The notes under the pieces were generated by a model that saw nothing but the letters and a program-made list of their open reading frames with translations, was not told the origin of the DNA and ran no database searches. From the human T2T-CHM13v2.0 reference genome, Homo sapiens, in the NCBI RefSeq assembly GCF_009914755.1, contig NC_060935.1: a stretch of DNA of 64,000 nucleotides; one strand, written 5' to 3'. Below are positions 1 through 12,924 of this stretch, piece after piece (the stretch's first letter is position 1; every line of letters begins with the position of its first letter). The position numbers and the translations under genes were made by a program.

Positions 1-184
1 AAGGGCGTATAGTTAACAGTAAAGTCAGGACAGCAATTGTATTCTCTGCCTCTTTAGTGAAGTGAGACTATCTTTCAAAACAGCTTGGCTGATCTAGACC
101 TTGCCAAGACATTTTTATTGTTTAAGCACGGGTCTTATTGAGGTCCAAAGGGCAAGAGTTTGTGCAATGAGTTAGCACCCCTAG

Positions 185-636
<452 letters not shown>

Positions 637-3354
637 TAGGGCCAGTTCTCTCTTTTCATATCATCCTTTCCATTTCTTCCTCTCTCTCCTGTCTCTTCTC
701 CCCAACACAGGCCATAGGAAACAGCCCCAATACATAAGCAGGGGCTCCTGCTTCCCAGTCCCCTCCTAGGGCCTGAGTCCCATAGAACAAGCTCAGAATG
801 CCGAGCTCCAGGTGGGGAGAAGAAAACCACCAAAGGCCCGCCCCTTCCCAGTTCCTCCCTTTTGGGAAGGTGCTGGTATTGTGTCTAAGGTTGAAAGCAC
901 CGTTGAGGAGCCAGACCTAAATTGAGGGCTTGGTTCTGCCATAGTCCATATGTCTTTGGGCAAATGGCTTTCCCCATCTGGGCCCCAGGTTCCTCAGCCG
1001 AAAAATGACAGGCTGGATTCTGTAATCTCTGAGTTCCTTCCCTGCTCTCCGGTTCTCCATGAGGACTCATTTGGTAGGCAGCAAGGGCAAAGTCTTCGTG
1101 TAGATCTCATCCTCCAAAATGACTTTGCCATAAGAGGGGAGGCTGTAGCCGGGGCTAATAGATCCATGGAAACTCTGGAGAGTCCAAAAAGGATTTTAAT
1201 TAAAATGTAAATGTTGTAAACAACATAAGTCCCTCCATCCTGGGAGCCGGGACCCAGCTGCCGAGAGGGGTCAGGGCACCATTCACCATTATTAGCATTA
1301 ACAGGTGCCCTGTATATGTTACCAATGCAAACTTCTACTAGGGGAGCTCATTCACATGGAACATCGATGCAGGAATGGGTGTCCTCTAGCTTAGCTCAGG
1401 CACAGAGTGAGCTGCATCTACAGGTGATTTTGTGTTCTGAATTTGAGAAAGATCCTCTGCCCCTCAATATCTTCCTATCACATTATATACACTGCTGATG
1501 CCTAAAATCCCATCATTAAGGGTTCCTTTGAGTTGGGGATTGTGCTTCTATTGGTAGACAAATAGTGCAGAAGAGGTAATTTTGTTTCATTATTGGTCAC
1601 TTCCTAGCTATGCAATCTTGAGCACCAGTCCTTTGCTTTCTTAGAAATAGTGACAAAAATGCCTAGGCCACTGTTCCCAAGGTGAGGGGTCCTGCCTGGT
1701 CCAAGGACTCTTTTCTTGGAAAACCCAGAATCCTAGGGTTGGGCTCAGCCTTCACCGGGTTGATGATCCAGGGACTCAAATTTGGAGGATGATTCCCCCA
1801 AACAGCAGGAAGAAACTCAAGGCCTGGAAACCAGACAGAGGCACCTCAGAGGACTACAGACCTCGGCCAAGAAACAACAGAGCAGCCAAAGAGGTAGCCA
1901 TGGCAATGCAAGGCCTTCCCTGGGGCTTCTGCCGCAAGGGAGGAGGAAAATGGGAATATAACAGGTGCACCGAATAGTGAATACACAGTGTACCGTTACT
2001 GGCTGGGTTTTGCATTCACTCTACTCACTGTAACTTTTGGTGATTGTCTAATTATGGCTCATTACAAACATCAAGTTACATTTGCAAGGTCGTAACTAGA
2101 GGGGAAGGATACAATTATTATAATGAAGCCTCCCCAGCCCCAGATTCTCTCCCCTCCAATCAGTCCCAAATGCCACTGCTTAAATCGTCTTCCTTGTCTG
2201 CCACCTGGTCCTCCTAGGTCTCCTCTCCTGCATCCCTCCCTAAGGCCAGTGTGACAAAGCATGACTCAGGGCACAGTCCCCTTGGTGGCCTGTCCCCATC
2301 AAAGGGCACCTCTCTCTCATTTTCTTTCCTTGCTAATGAGCAGCTTTTTCCTGGCACTGCCTGGATGGAGGGGAAGAGCTGAGGATGTCAGATGGTGACT
2401 AATAGAGTCATAGGGACTGGGCCTATGAAAAAGAGTGGCTGGATGGAAGGCAGAGTTGGCACCTTCTAGCATAGTCTAGGGTTGAGGCCTGCCTGCTGGC
2501 TGTTGCCCACCAAACAGTTCCTTGAAGGCCAGACACCAGTACCCAAACTCTGGGTCAGCGAGACTTCAGCACTAAGGACCATGAGGGCTTGGAGTGGCCT
2601 GGATGCAACTTGTTTCTTGCCTTTCTCAGAAGTGCTTCTGCCACTAAATGCTGTCCTGGAGGAGCAGCCTCTCTCCTCTAAAGGCAGCATCCCAGGACAA
2701 AGGCTGGTCTGTATCCAGAAAAAGGGAAGAGAGGGTTTGTCTCAGTCCTTCACTTCTGTTGGTCACACCCCAGGGGCAAGTGCCATGTTTTTTTAAAAAA
2801 GGATGGTCACTAACCCAAGTATTCAGAGAAGAGAAGGCTGAAGCAGGTGAGGAGGAAACTGAGAAGTCTAGGCAAACGCTCCCTTTCATGGAACCAGTAG
2901 TTTTCAGTCTGGAAAAGAGATTTCAAGGTAGCATGACAGACGGCTTCGAAATGTGAAGGGCTGTCATGTATGAGAGGGAGCACAATTGGCCCAAATGCCC
3001 GGAGGCAGAATCAGGACCTGCAATCCAGCCAACTGCAGACTTGGCTGTCTCACAGAGTCGTGAGTTCACGGATGACCACTCGTCGAGAATGCCAGAGAAA
3101 AGGCTCTCTCATGGGTGGCAGATGCTCTCTGAGATCCCTTCCATCCTAAGACTGTGTCTTTGGCTCCAGGCAACAGCCTAGCACAACACCCTGCACATAG
3201 TAGGTGCTTAGTCAATGTTTCTAGATTGTGAAATGGACAGTATTCAATTACACAGGGACATTGGTTTTCAGGTAGGTGTAGAGGCTTTCTCCAGCAAATC
3301 CTTTCAAACCGAAGATGTGGAATGCAGCTCTTAAATAGGGGTTAACAAAATTCT

Positions 3355-3500
3355 TGCAAATTAGAGTCACCCAGCGTGCTTACTTAAAATGCAGATTCTT
3401 GGGCCCCACTCAAAATTTGAATTCAGTAGGCCTGGAATGGGGACAAGAAATCTGCAATTTTTAACAAGCTCCCCAGATGATTCCCAAGCATGTGATTGCC
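3355..3500. mobile_element. MER5A-like hAT-Charlie DNA transposon fossil
   Basis: aaaatgcagattcttgggcccc ... aatctgcaatttttaacaagctccccagatgattc matches the MER5A core from memory. Confidence 0.75.
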
Positions 3501-4072
3501 AGGCGGCATTTAAATAAATGTAGACTCAGAAAAACATCACGGGTTCTTCTGGTTCCCGGATATAAGCCCTACCGGAGTTGTCATTGCCTTTGCCTTACCA
3601 CATCCACTTGCCCCCCGGAGATGGGGAAGGACTCCATCCGATGCTGGCTGAACCCCAGGCAACGCTGAGGCCCAGAGCAGCAGGAAGAAGGCAAAGGCAT
3701 CTTTCAGCATGAGACCCACTCTCAGACCCATGGCATTGCACGCTACCGAAAAGCCAGCCTTCGATATCCTTGCTATATCGCAGAGTCAGCCCTGACAGCC
3801 TGCCCACCTCCCACAGTGCTTCTGATCTCACGGCTTACCTTGCTGTCATGGCTCCACCTGGCCCTCCTACCTGGGTTCAGTCTTTGCTCCCACCTTTCCC
3901 CCAAACTGGGCTCTGCTTCTGCTTCCTCTACCTTTGGTTTCCCAGCCTGGCGCCCAGGACTCTGAGGCCATCCCCCACCAGTGGTGTCAGTCCTGTAAGC
4001 AGAAGCCAGCCAGCATCCCTCTGGGAGCTCTTCCACGTGCTGGACTGAGAAAGTGGAAGGGCTAGAATCCAT

Positions 4073-4122
4073 GGCAGGAAGTACCATGGAGATACAGGAG
4101 GCTCTCCATGGTACTTCCTGCC
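4073..4122. repeat. Perfect 20-bp inverted repeat (hairpin, 10-nt loop)
   Basis: ggcaggaagtaccatggaga (4073-4092) is the exact reverse complement of tctccatggtacttcctgcc (4103-4122). Confidence 0.95.
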
Positions 4123-4429
4123 CCTCTCCCACTGCCACTGGAAGGAGTGAACCCAGTCTCTTCCAGGAGGCTCTCTCTCACTGTGCCCACATCGCCGCCA
4201 AGTGCCCGGCCAGGCCAGACCTTCCCCTCCCCCTGCCCTTTCCCTACAGGGATTGATTTGTTTAGTTTCAACAGTTTAATCTTCTCCTTCCCTTGGAGCA
4301 GAGCTGTTTCCCTCTGATCCCTGGTGGGAGGCATTCTGTATCGGACTGAGTACAGGGGGGCTGGGGGAGGAAGGTAAAAGAGAAAAAAGAAAGAAGGAAG
4401 GAAAACATACCTCCTGGCAAAACCCAGAG

Positions 4430-4620
4430 CACCACTTACACAACATCTTTCCCCGCTACATTATTTATAGCGTGACTGAAACATTTATTCCTCCCCTGCT
4501 CTTCCAAAGAGCACCAGTGTTTCCGCTGAGCTGTAACAAGTACAGCAAGGCCGGCTGCAAGGCTGTATTGCTCAGCGCCATCACCAAACATTGGAGACAC
4601 AACAGTGCACCCCAGAAAAT
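4430..4620. promoter_or_regulatory. Candidate enhancer block with MEF2 consensus site
   Basis: Non-repeat sequence. ttatttatag (4461-4470) fits YTA(W)4TAR. Several short inverted repeats. Motif evidence only. Confidence 0.3.
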
Positions 4621-4959
4621 GCCGTGGCTCCCAGCAGCCGGGAGGAGGGGCCGGGCCTGGGAAGAGAGAGGGCGTAGTTCCAGGATGCTGGGAGAGGAGG
4701 CCAGGGGAGGGGATCAGGACTCTCAGTCCAGAGAGGAATGGTGGCAGCGTTTCAGACAAACAGCTCAGGGGCCCACATTCAGCCAGACTTGCAGAGAACC
4801 CGAGGCCTAGACCGGCGAGGGGCCGTGGTAGGCAATTAGCCAAATCTACAACAATGACACTCTAAGGAGCGGTGGCTGCTGACAGGCTTTCTGAGCAGGT
4901 ATTTTTATTTATTCAACAATTTATATGAATAAGTACATTTATGAATTGCAGTGGGATAG

Positions 4960-5240
4960 AGAGGGTGGGGACTTTGAATCCACTCAGATCTACTTCCCAG
5001 GGCCCCTCTGACACCTCCCTGCCATGTGACAGAGATCAAGTCACATCATCTCAAGGAGGCTCAGTTCCCCTTTCTGCAAAAATAGGGATGACAGCTCCTA
5101 CCTTACATTGCTGTTTTGAGGTGTTACGCTTGTATATGAAAAGTACCTAGCGCTGTATGTGAATTTCACCTCAATTTAAAAAAGGGTAGGGGGCACTTAG
5201 CACAATGTCTACCCCGTAATGGACACTCCACAAAGGGAGC
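4960..5240 (+). mobile_element. MIR SINE interrupted by a tiny L1 3'-end fragment (~5152-5183)
   Basis: MIR core ctcagttcccctttctgcaaaaatagggatga. Insert tgtatgtgaatttcacctcaatttaaaaaa resembles an old L1M terminus. Confidence 0.6.
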
Positions 5241-6047
5241 TCCTCGCATTTTTGGTTGACGAGTGTTATGAGTATTCATGGATTTTTGCGGAACTGTTTC
5301 CTGATGGCCTGGTTTACAAACTAATGACAATACATGGGGAGGCCTAGCATTCTCAGAGCCTCTAGCTGTCTTTAAAAGAATACACCCACAGACCCATGAT
5401 GGTGGAGTTCCACACCCCTACTCCTCCTGGCTTTGCCTTAGCTGAACAAGCAGCTACCTTGTCCCTTTCACGGCCGCGTGTCTGCTGGGCACCTTCAGAA
5501 CCACGTCTATCAACAAACACTGTGGTCTGCCTGCTGATCTGGGCACCCCCAGACCCAGCACCCTTTCTGCCTTTCCTTCTTGTTTCTCTCCCTTTGCCAT
5601 GCTTGTTGGTAGCCAGGCCAAGCCCCGCCCATCTCAGTGGAAGTCCTATTTCCTGCCGAAGTCTGTGCTGACAACTCCTGCCCTTATGACCCTCCCTGAG
5701 CCCTCGAGCTGCTCCCAGGCTGGCCTCTGACCTATGGCTTTTCACAGTTGTGATGCCTTGTTCATGTGGGCCCAGTCTCCCTGACCACACAATCGGCCCC
5801 TTGAAGTCCAGGACTAGCTCATTTTCTTCTCTGGTGTCCCCAAGGGGACTGGAAGTCGGCTCGTACGAGCTGGGCAGTTATAAACAAGTCAAAGGACATA
5901 TCTAAGATTTGGTTTCTTTTCTGTAAAATGAGGCTACCTCAATGGAATAACAGCAACGACAGCCACAAGCACAGCTAACCCTTCCTGTGGGCACAGAGTA
6001 CGCGAGCTGTGGTCTAAGAGCCGAGTGCGTACTCAGGAACACTCAGG

Positions 6048-6188
6048 CAGGAGTGGCTCCGGGTTTTTGGATGTGAAGTGCATATGATTTTGGCAGTCTA
6101 CTTATAAAATAGGGCCTCAGATTGGGTCTGTGCAAATAAGGGGCTCTGAAGCTTAAGCTGCAATGGCTTCCTGGAAAATCTATCTCTG
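6048..6188. mobile_element. MER53-like hAT element inserted in a MIR
   Basis: ggggctctgaagcttaagctgcaatggcttcctggaaaatctatctctg resembles a MER53 end. Degenerate 8-bp TSD cactcagg / cagccagg. Confidence 0.65.
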
Positions 6189-6194
6189 CAGCCA

Positions 6195-6320
6195 GGTATT
6201 GTCATTGTCCCTATTTTACAGATGAGGAGACTGGGCCCAGAGATAGTAACTCGCCCACCATCACACAGGCAGCATGCGTGGAACTGGGATTCACACCAGG
6301 CAGCATGGTACCTGAGCCCA
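6195..6320 (-). mobile_element. MIR SINE
   Basis: cctattttacagatgaggagactgggcccagaga is the antisense MIR core. Confidence 0.8.
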
Positions 6321-7569
6321 TAATCCCAACGGCCTCAGTCCCTGCCCAGGACACGGGGCTAGTAAGGTGTGAGGCAATGCCACACAGCCCTAAGACACTG
6401 CCAACGTATAGGTTGGCAAAGAGTCAAAAAAGGAAAGAAACAGGGATCTATAGTCAGCCCAACCTCCTCATTTCCCAGATGAGGAATCCATTGCTCTGGG
6501 AAGTCAGAGACTTTTGCAAAGGCACACACAACACCAAACACAGTCCAGGACCCTCTCTCTCTATTGCCTGCGTGAGGATTGAGGAAGGACTTTTGGGCAG
6601 TTGGTCAGTGGCTGGTTCTCCTCCATCACTGCGGTCAGAGCTCAGGGCTGCTGCTGAGAACCCTGTAATGCTCCGAGGGGCTGTTTGTTGGCCTCCTTGG
6701 GCCCCAGGAAGCAGAATAGTATGGTGAGAGGGGCATGGATCTCAGAAGGCCCTGAGGTCACATCCAGCCTCCGGTGCTTCCTACCAGTGGACCCTCGAGC
6801 CAGCCTCTTCAGCATCAATTTCCACATCTGTAAATTGGGAGTGTTAATACCTGCTGTAAGCGTGCTGGGGATCAAACAAGATCACACATGCAAAGAACCC
6901 ACCCAGTAGCTAGCATTTTCCATAGTGGATTTTAGAAGTTGTGTAATCAATGTTAGTGCCCCTGCCTCTGTCTAATAGTCAGACGCCTACATTATAACAG
7001 AGTACCCCTAGGACTTCAGGCCTTTGTTCTTGTCTTATCCCTGGTTTGACTTTCTGCCTGTTTCCTGATCTGGCCTCTCAGCTGCTGCCAAATGCCCCTG
7101 AGGACAAAGCTGCTGCCGGGCCTCTCTCTCTGGGTACTATCCCAACTTCCCACTCCTCTCTCTCCCTCACTGAGCCTGTGTCCCACCCCCAGTTCTGCAG
7201 AACAGCCTCAGCCTCAGGTGGTGGGGAGTATGAGGCCTGAGCTACGGGCAAAAGACCCCTCTGAAGGGCTGGCCCCGGCAGGAGTGCATTGTCTAAAGGA
7301 AGGTCGCAAATTCAGGCTTGGTTTTAGATGTGGCTACCTCAGAGGGCTATAAGCCTTGATCTCTTCTTCTGTAAAGTGGTGATTTCAATGCCTCTGCCTC
7401 TCTCAGGGTGGCTGGAAGGATGAAATGCAGTGATGGATCTGGAGTGCCTAGCAGATGCGTGGCACGTGGTAAGCTCTCCATAATGCAGGTAATTACTGTC
7501 CGAATCCATGTATTCACCATCATGCAGTTTTGGGGGTAGGGCTGTCAGGTGGGCAGTCAGCAGGTGTTA

Positions 7570-8208
<639 letters not shown>

Positions 8209-8589
8209 TCAGTTTCCCACTAGCCCCTCAGCCTGACTTCCTCCTCTGTTTTAAGTGCCTCAAAAGCCACCTCCTGACCTGAAACAGAATCCAACCTTCA
8301 GAGTTGATCGTTGATTATAGCACCCAGAAAAAGGTGGTTGGAGGCTTGGCAGCATCCTTACTCCCAAGAGGAAATGCTGCTTCCCATTCAGTATCCAGTA
8401 CTTTTTCCTGTCCCATGAGCCACCCTGTATCCGAACACATCGAAGGCAGATTTGTGTTTGTAATTCTTGCAGTGGAGAAGAAGGGAGGGATATGGAATCT
8501 AGTGCCAGATGATCTACTACTGCTCATTAGGTGCCCGATGTCAGAGAAAGCAAGTTGACCTGACTCTGAGAACAATATAACAGCCAAAC

Positions 8590-8860
8590 ACCATTCGCAT
8601 TATTATGCACTGAGGGTTTTATACACATGGTCCCCTTTATTCCTACAACAACCCTGGGAGGTGGGTACTATTATTCCCATTTTCTTTCATTTTTCATTGA
8701 TTCACTCTTTTAAAAATATTCTGAAATGTCTACTATATGCCAAGTAAGGCAGCAGGAATACAGTGAGGAATGAGACAGATGTGGTCTCTGTCCTCATAGG
8801 AGCTTACGATCCAGATGAGGAAACTGAGACTCAGAAAGGTTGGCTAAGGCCACAGAATAT
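8590..8860 (-). mobile_element. MIR with nested L2 3'-end fragment
   Basis: MIR halves (tactattattcccatttt ... cagatgaggaaactgagactcaga) flank an L2 tail (tactatatgccaag ... ggagcttac). Confidence 0.6.
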
Positions 8861-9494
8861 CTGCCCTAGATAGTGATGTCATGCCTCCTATCTCTCTGCA
8901 GGGTGCTTTGCAGTCTACAGATCCCACAGGATCAGTTCATTCCAGAGCGGCCCCCAGCCAGCTGCTGAGTGTCTCGGGAGTCTGGTGCAAGCTCTCAGCA
9001 AAAACTGGCTTCGGCATGAGGATATGTAAAGGCACCTTGTAATCTGCAAAGCACAGTGTGCCCATTGGTTGTTTTTGTGCCTCATTATGCTATAGCCCAG
9101 CGGGTACCTGGGAGGCTGGCCAGGTCCCTCTCTAATTGCAGGATGCTGGCAAGTGAGCCCAGGCAGGCACCTGTGCCAGTCCCTGAACGGCACTGGGTTC
9201 CAGGCAGAGAGAGCTTGCCCTCCCTGACTCTCCTACCAATGCTCCAGCTCTAGCTTCCATCTGACTGCAAAGCAACCTGGTCTCACACCAGCCACTTCTG
9301 CTGCTCAATGCCATCTCCTTCCGGCTGTTCCTGCTGCTTCAAAGCGTGGGGAGTAGAGAGAAGAGAAGCGAGGTGCGAACAATAGCCAACTTGCCTAAAA
9401 CTCTGATGCTGGAGTTAATAAAAAGAAATGAACCCATTCAGGCTAGCACCCAAATTACAGTCTCAGTTTCACTGTAGTGATAGAAGGCGGGTAC

Positions 9495-9688
9495 TTTGGC
9501 AGGGAGCTTGGAGTCGGTCTGGGGGGTGGCAGTAGTGGGGGAAACAGGTCTTCTGCGCAGACTGGTAAGCCTGGCAATTGGATTTGTTTTCTCCCTCCCT
9601 TTCCAGCCACCTCTCCTCTCCAGATCCCACTCCTATGAATATATTTGTTTGTTTATTCCTATTGATTTCTAAGGCCTAGGTGCCCCCA
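9495..9688 (+). repeat. Left arm of ~195-bp inverted duplication
   Basis: Reverse complement of 10721-10915 with 5 substitutions and 1 single-base indel by manual alignment. Confidence 0.97.
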
Positions 9689-10049
9689 GGGCCTCTTGCT
9701 GCAGGTGTACCAAATGCAAATCCGACAATTACAGTCAATCCAGCAGCAAAAATTCCCCATAAAAGGAGAAAGCCAAAGGGCTTCCTGCTGGGGAGTGCAG
9801 CCCTCAAAGACAAGTCCTCCATTGAAGGGCAGCTTCAATGGGCCTGGCAGCACTGGCACAGGCAGGCACCAGGGTGGGCAGATGGTCTGGGGGACGGGCC
9901 CTCGGGCTGGCTCTGAGAAAGCTCTGCCTCACGTTGCCAGTGGTGGCACCTTGCCTTGGGAGACCTTCAAGGTCCCCATCTGCCTGAGCTGGGTGAGTGG
10001 TGAGAGATGGCAACTCTTCTCCAGCCCAAGCCTCCCATGCTGGATCCTT

Positions 10050-10530
10050 CAACCATTCAACAGCTATCTAGTGGACCTTCTTAGAGCCAAGCTCTGTGCT
10101 GGGCCCTGGGCATATACAAGTGAACAAGACAGACATGGCCCTAGTGCTGATGGGGCTGACAATGTAGTTAGGAAGACCAGATTAAAAACAACAAAGATGG
10201 GAGTGTTCAGGTAGAAACCAGGAAGAAAGTGAGATGGACAAGGGGTGCTTTAGGTAGGTCAGGAAACAGACATTTCCTGAGAAACATGACATTTACACTG
10301 AGACCTGAAGGATGAGATGGAGCCAAATGTGAAGCATGGGGGAAGGGCTTTCCAGCTGAAGGAACATGTGCAAAGGCCCTGGGGCAGGGGCGGATGGAAC
10401 ATCCTGGTTCGTCTGAGAAACTGAGATCCTTGTGGCTATAGCTCAATGAGCAACGGGGCCTGTGGCATGAGATGGGCTCAAAGAGTGGCAAGGACAAGAC
10501 CACAGGGGCCTCAGCGGCCCATGAAAATGT
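10050..10530 (-). mobile_element. L2 LINE 3' fragment inside the inverted-repeat spacer
   Basis: cattcaacag...tgtgctgggccctggg...gaacaagacagac...ctgagacctgaaggatgag...tgtgcaaaggccctg is typical antisense L2 3' region. Confidence 0.8.
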
Positions 10531-10720
10531 CAAGCAAGAGCTGATGGCCTGGCCAAGCCTGTGATTCTAGATCCTTTTTAAAGGAAGGAAACTTTCTGGC
10601 TCCTAAGTTTTCAGCGACCTTTGTCTGCCTTTAAGTAAGGAAAGGAAAGAGGTTAAGCGCTGTGATGCTTGGCTCTTCCTCCTAATTTTAAGTACACTGT
10701 GTATACCTCACAGTATACTG

Positions 10721-10915
10721 TGGGGGCACCTAGGCCTTTGGAAATCAATAGGAATAAACAAACAAATATATGCATAGGAGTGGGATCTGGAGAGGAGCGG
10801 TGGCTGGAAAGGGAGGGAGAAAACAAATCCAATTGCCAGGCTTACCAGTCTGCGCAGAAGACCTGTTTCCCCCACCACTGCCGCCCCCCAGACCGACTCC
10901 AAGCTCCCTGCCAAA
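10721..10915 (-). repeat. Right arm of ~195-bp inverted duplication
   Basis: Reverse complement of 9495-9688. Longest perfect stretch is 77 bp (left-arm 9535-9611). Confidence 0.97.
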
Positions 10916-10939
10916 TGAGTTATCATTCAGAACGAAATC

Positions 10940-11220
10940 CACTCATTCATTGATTCACTCCAGTAAATATCGAATACTTATTATGTGCAAGGCAGACAGG
11001 CAAGCAGGCAGGAGGCGAGCAGCAAGTTAGGCTGGACCAGGGTGGGCCAGGTGTGACATAATGGGGAGGTCAGACTTGATTTGGGAGAATGGAGACCCTT
11101 GGAAGGTTTTGAAACAAGGGAATGACAGACTCAGATTCAAACTGCCCAAGGAGGTTCCAGCTGCTGCGTGAAGGCTGACGGGAGGGGTCAGCTGAGGCTA
11201 TTGTCAGAGGCCACTGTGAT
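10940..11220 (-). mobile_element. L2 fragments
   Basis: cattcattgattcac...aaatatcgaatacttattatgtgcaaggca tail, and ggaaggttttgaaacaagggaatgaca. Confidence 0.6.
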
Positions 11221-12412
11221 TGTTCACTAAGCAGCATAACTCCTCCTGGAGGCATCTGGCCACTCCCCAGGACAGAATGAAAGGGCTGTGCCTCTGTGCT
11301 TGGGTAACGTTTCATCCTTACTTCTATTGTAGTCCGGTTTCTATACACCCTTGACTGGAGAATCCATTAAGACTTTGGGCAAAGGCATGGGGAAGGCAGG
11401 AGCAAACCTGTCCCCGAGGGTCATTTTGCTGATGTTGACAGTGAAATGAATTTGTCTTCCTGGGCACGCAATAACTTGACAGAAGGGAAGGCACCCAGAG
11501 GGCCTGGGTGACAGAGGAAGTTGGACCGGAATTCCTTTCTCCATGCACCTACCTATTCACGTGGATAACTGAGAGCTGGCTGCCCGTTGAAAGAGGTGCA
11601 CATTTGGAAACCAAGAGGCCAATTCCCTCTGGCCTGTGCCTAGCATAAGGAATGCACTTGACGTTAACATTTCAAAGCACCAGCCCAGTCCACAGCTCCC
11701 CGAGAGGGACACAGCCTGGGCAACCTGCGCCTGCAGCAGTGTTTGATATGCAAATGTCCTGCCTGTTTAAGCTAGACTGTTTGTGAAATGGAGAGTTAGA
11801 ATCAGAATTAAGGAATTTGAGCTTTTAGAAATCATGGAGCCCCAAACCCTCGCTTCATAGAGCAGCTTCCAGAGGCCACACTCAGGTGAAATAACTTATT
11901 CTGGTACCCTCAGTTAAAGGGCCTCAGTCTCTTCCATGGATTTCAGTGGCCACGTGGAGTCCATGTTTACATCTCGGGGCTTACCTGCTAAACCCAGCAC
12001 ACACATAAAATGTCTTCCAACAGCAGTCTGGGATCTGAGAAATACTTAGATAAAAAGCCATTTACCAAGACCCCAATGCCTCTTAACAGAGGCTGTGTGC
12101 CCGGCAGGATAAGCCAATTACCAAAGGATTGTGTTCCAAATGCAGCCTAACTGTCTCAGAGTCACATCAGGGGGTATCAATAAGTAGTTAATCAATGGAT
12201 TGATTGATCATTTACTGCTAGTAATTAAATTCTGAGAAGGTACAAATTCTATCACACCTACAGTCAGTCAAAAGCAATGCTCAGATCCTGGGACATGGAA
12301 GCAAATAAAAATAGAAACCGCATGGCCACAGTATTAGAAAGGCAGAGTGGGCGGGGGAGAAGGAGACTTTATCTCATAGCATTGCAGGTGTTTAGGGTAA
12401 AAGAAACCTTGG

Positions 12413-12924
<512 letters not shown>

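Noticed and set aside
9565-9623. Donor GTAAGC followed by pyrimidine tract and CAG inside the duplicated arm
   Set aside because: The implied intron of 42 or 59 nt is below the usual human minimum, and there is no supporting exon context.
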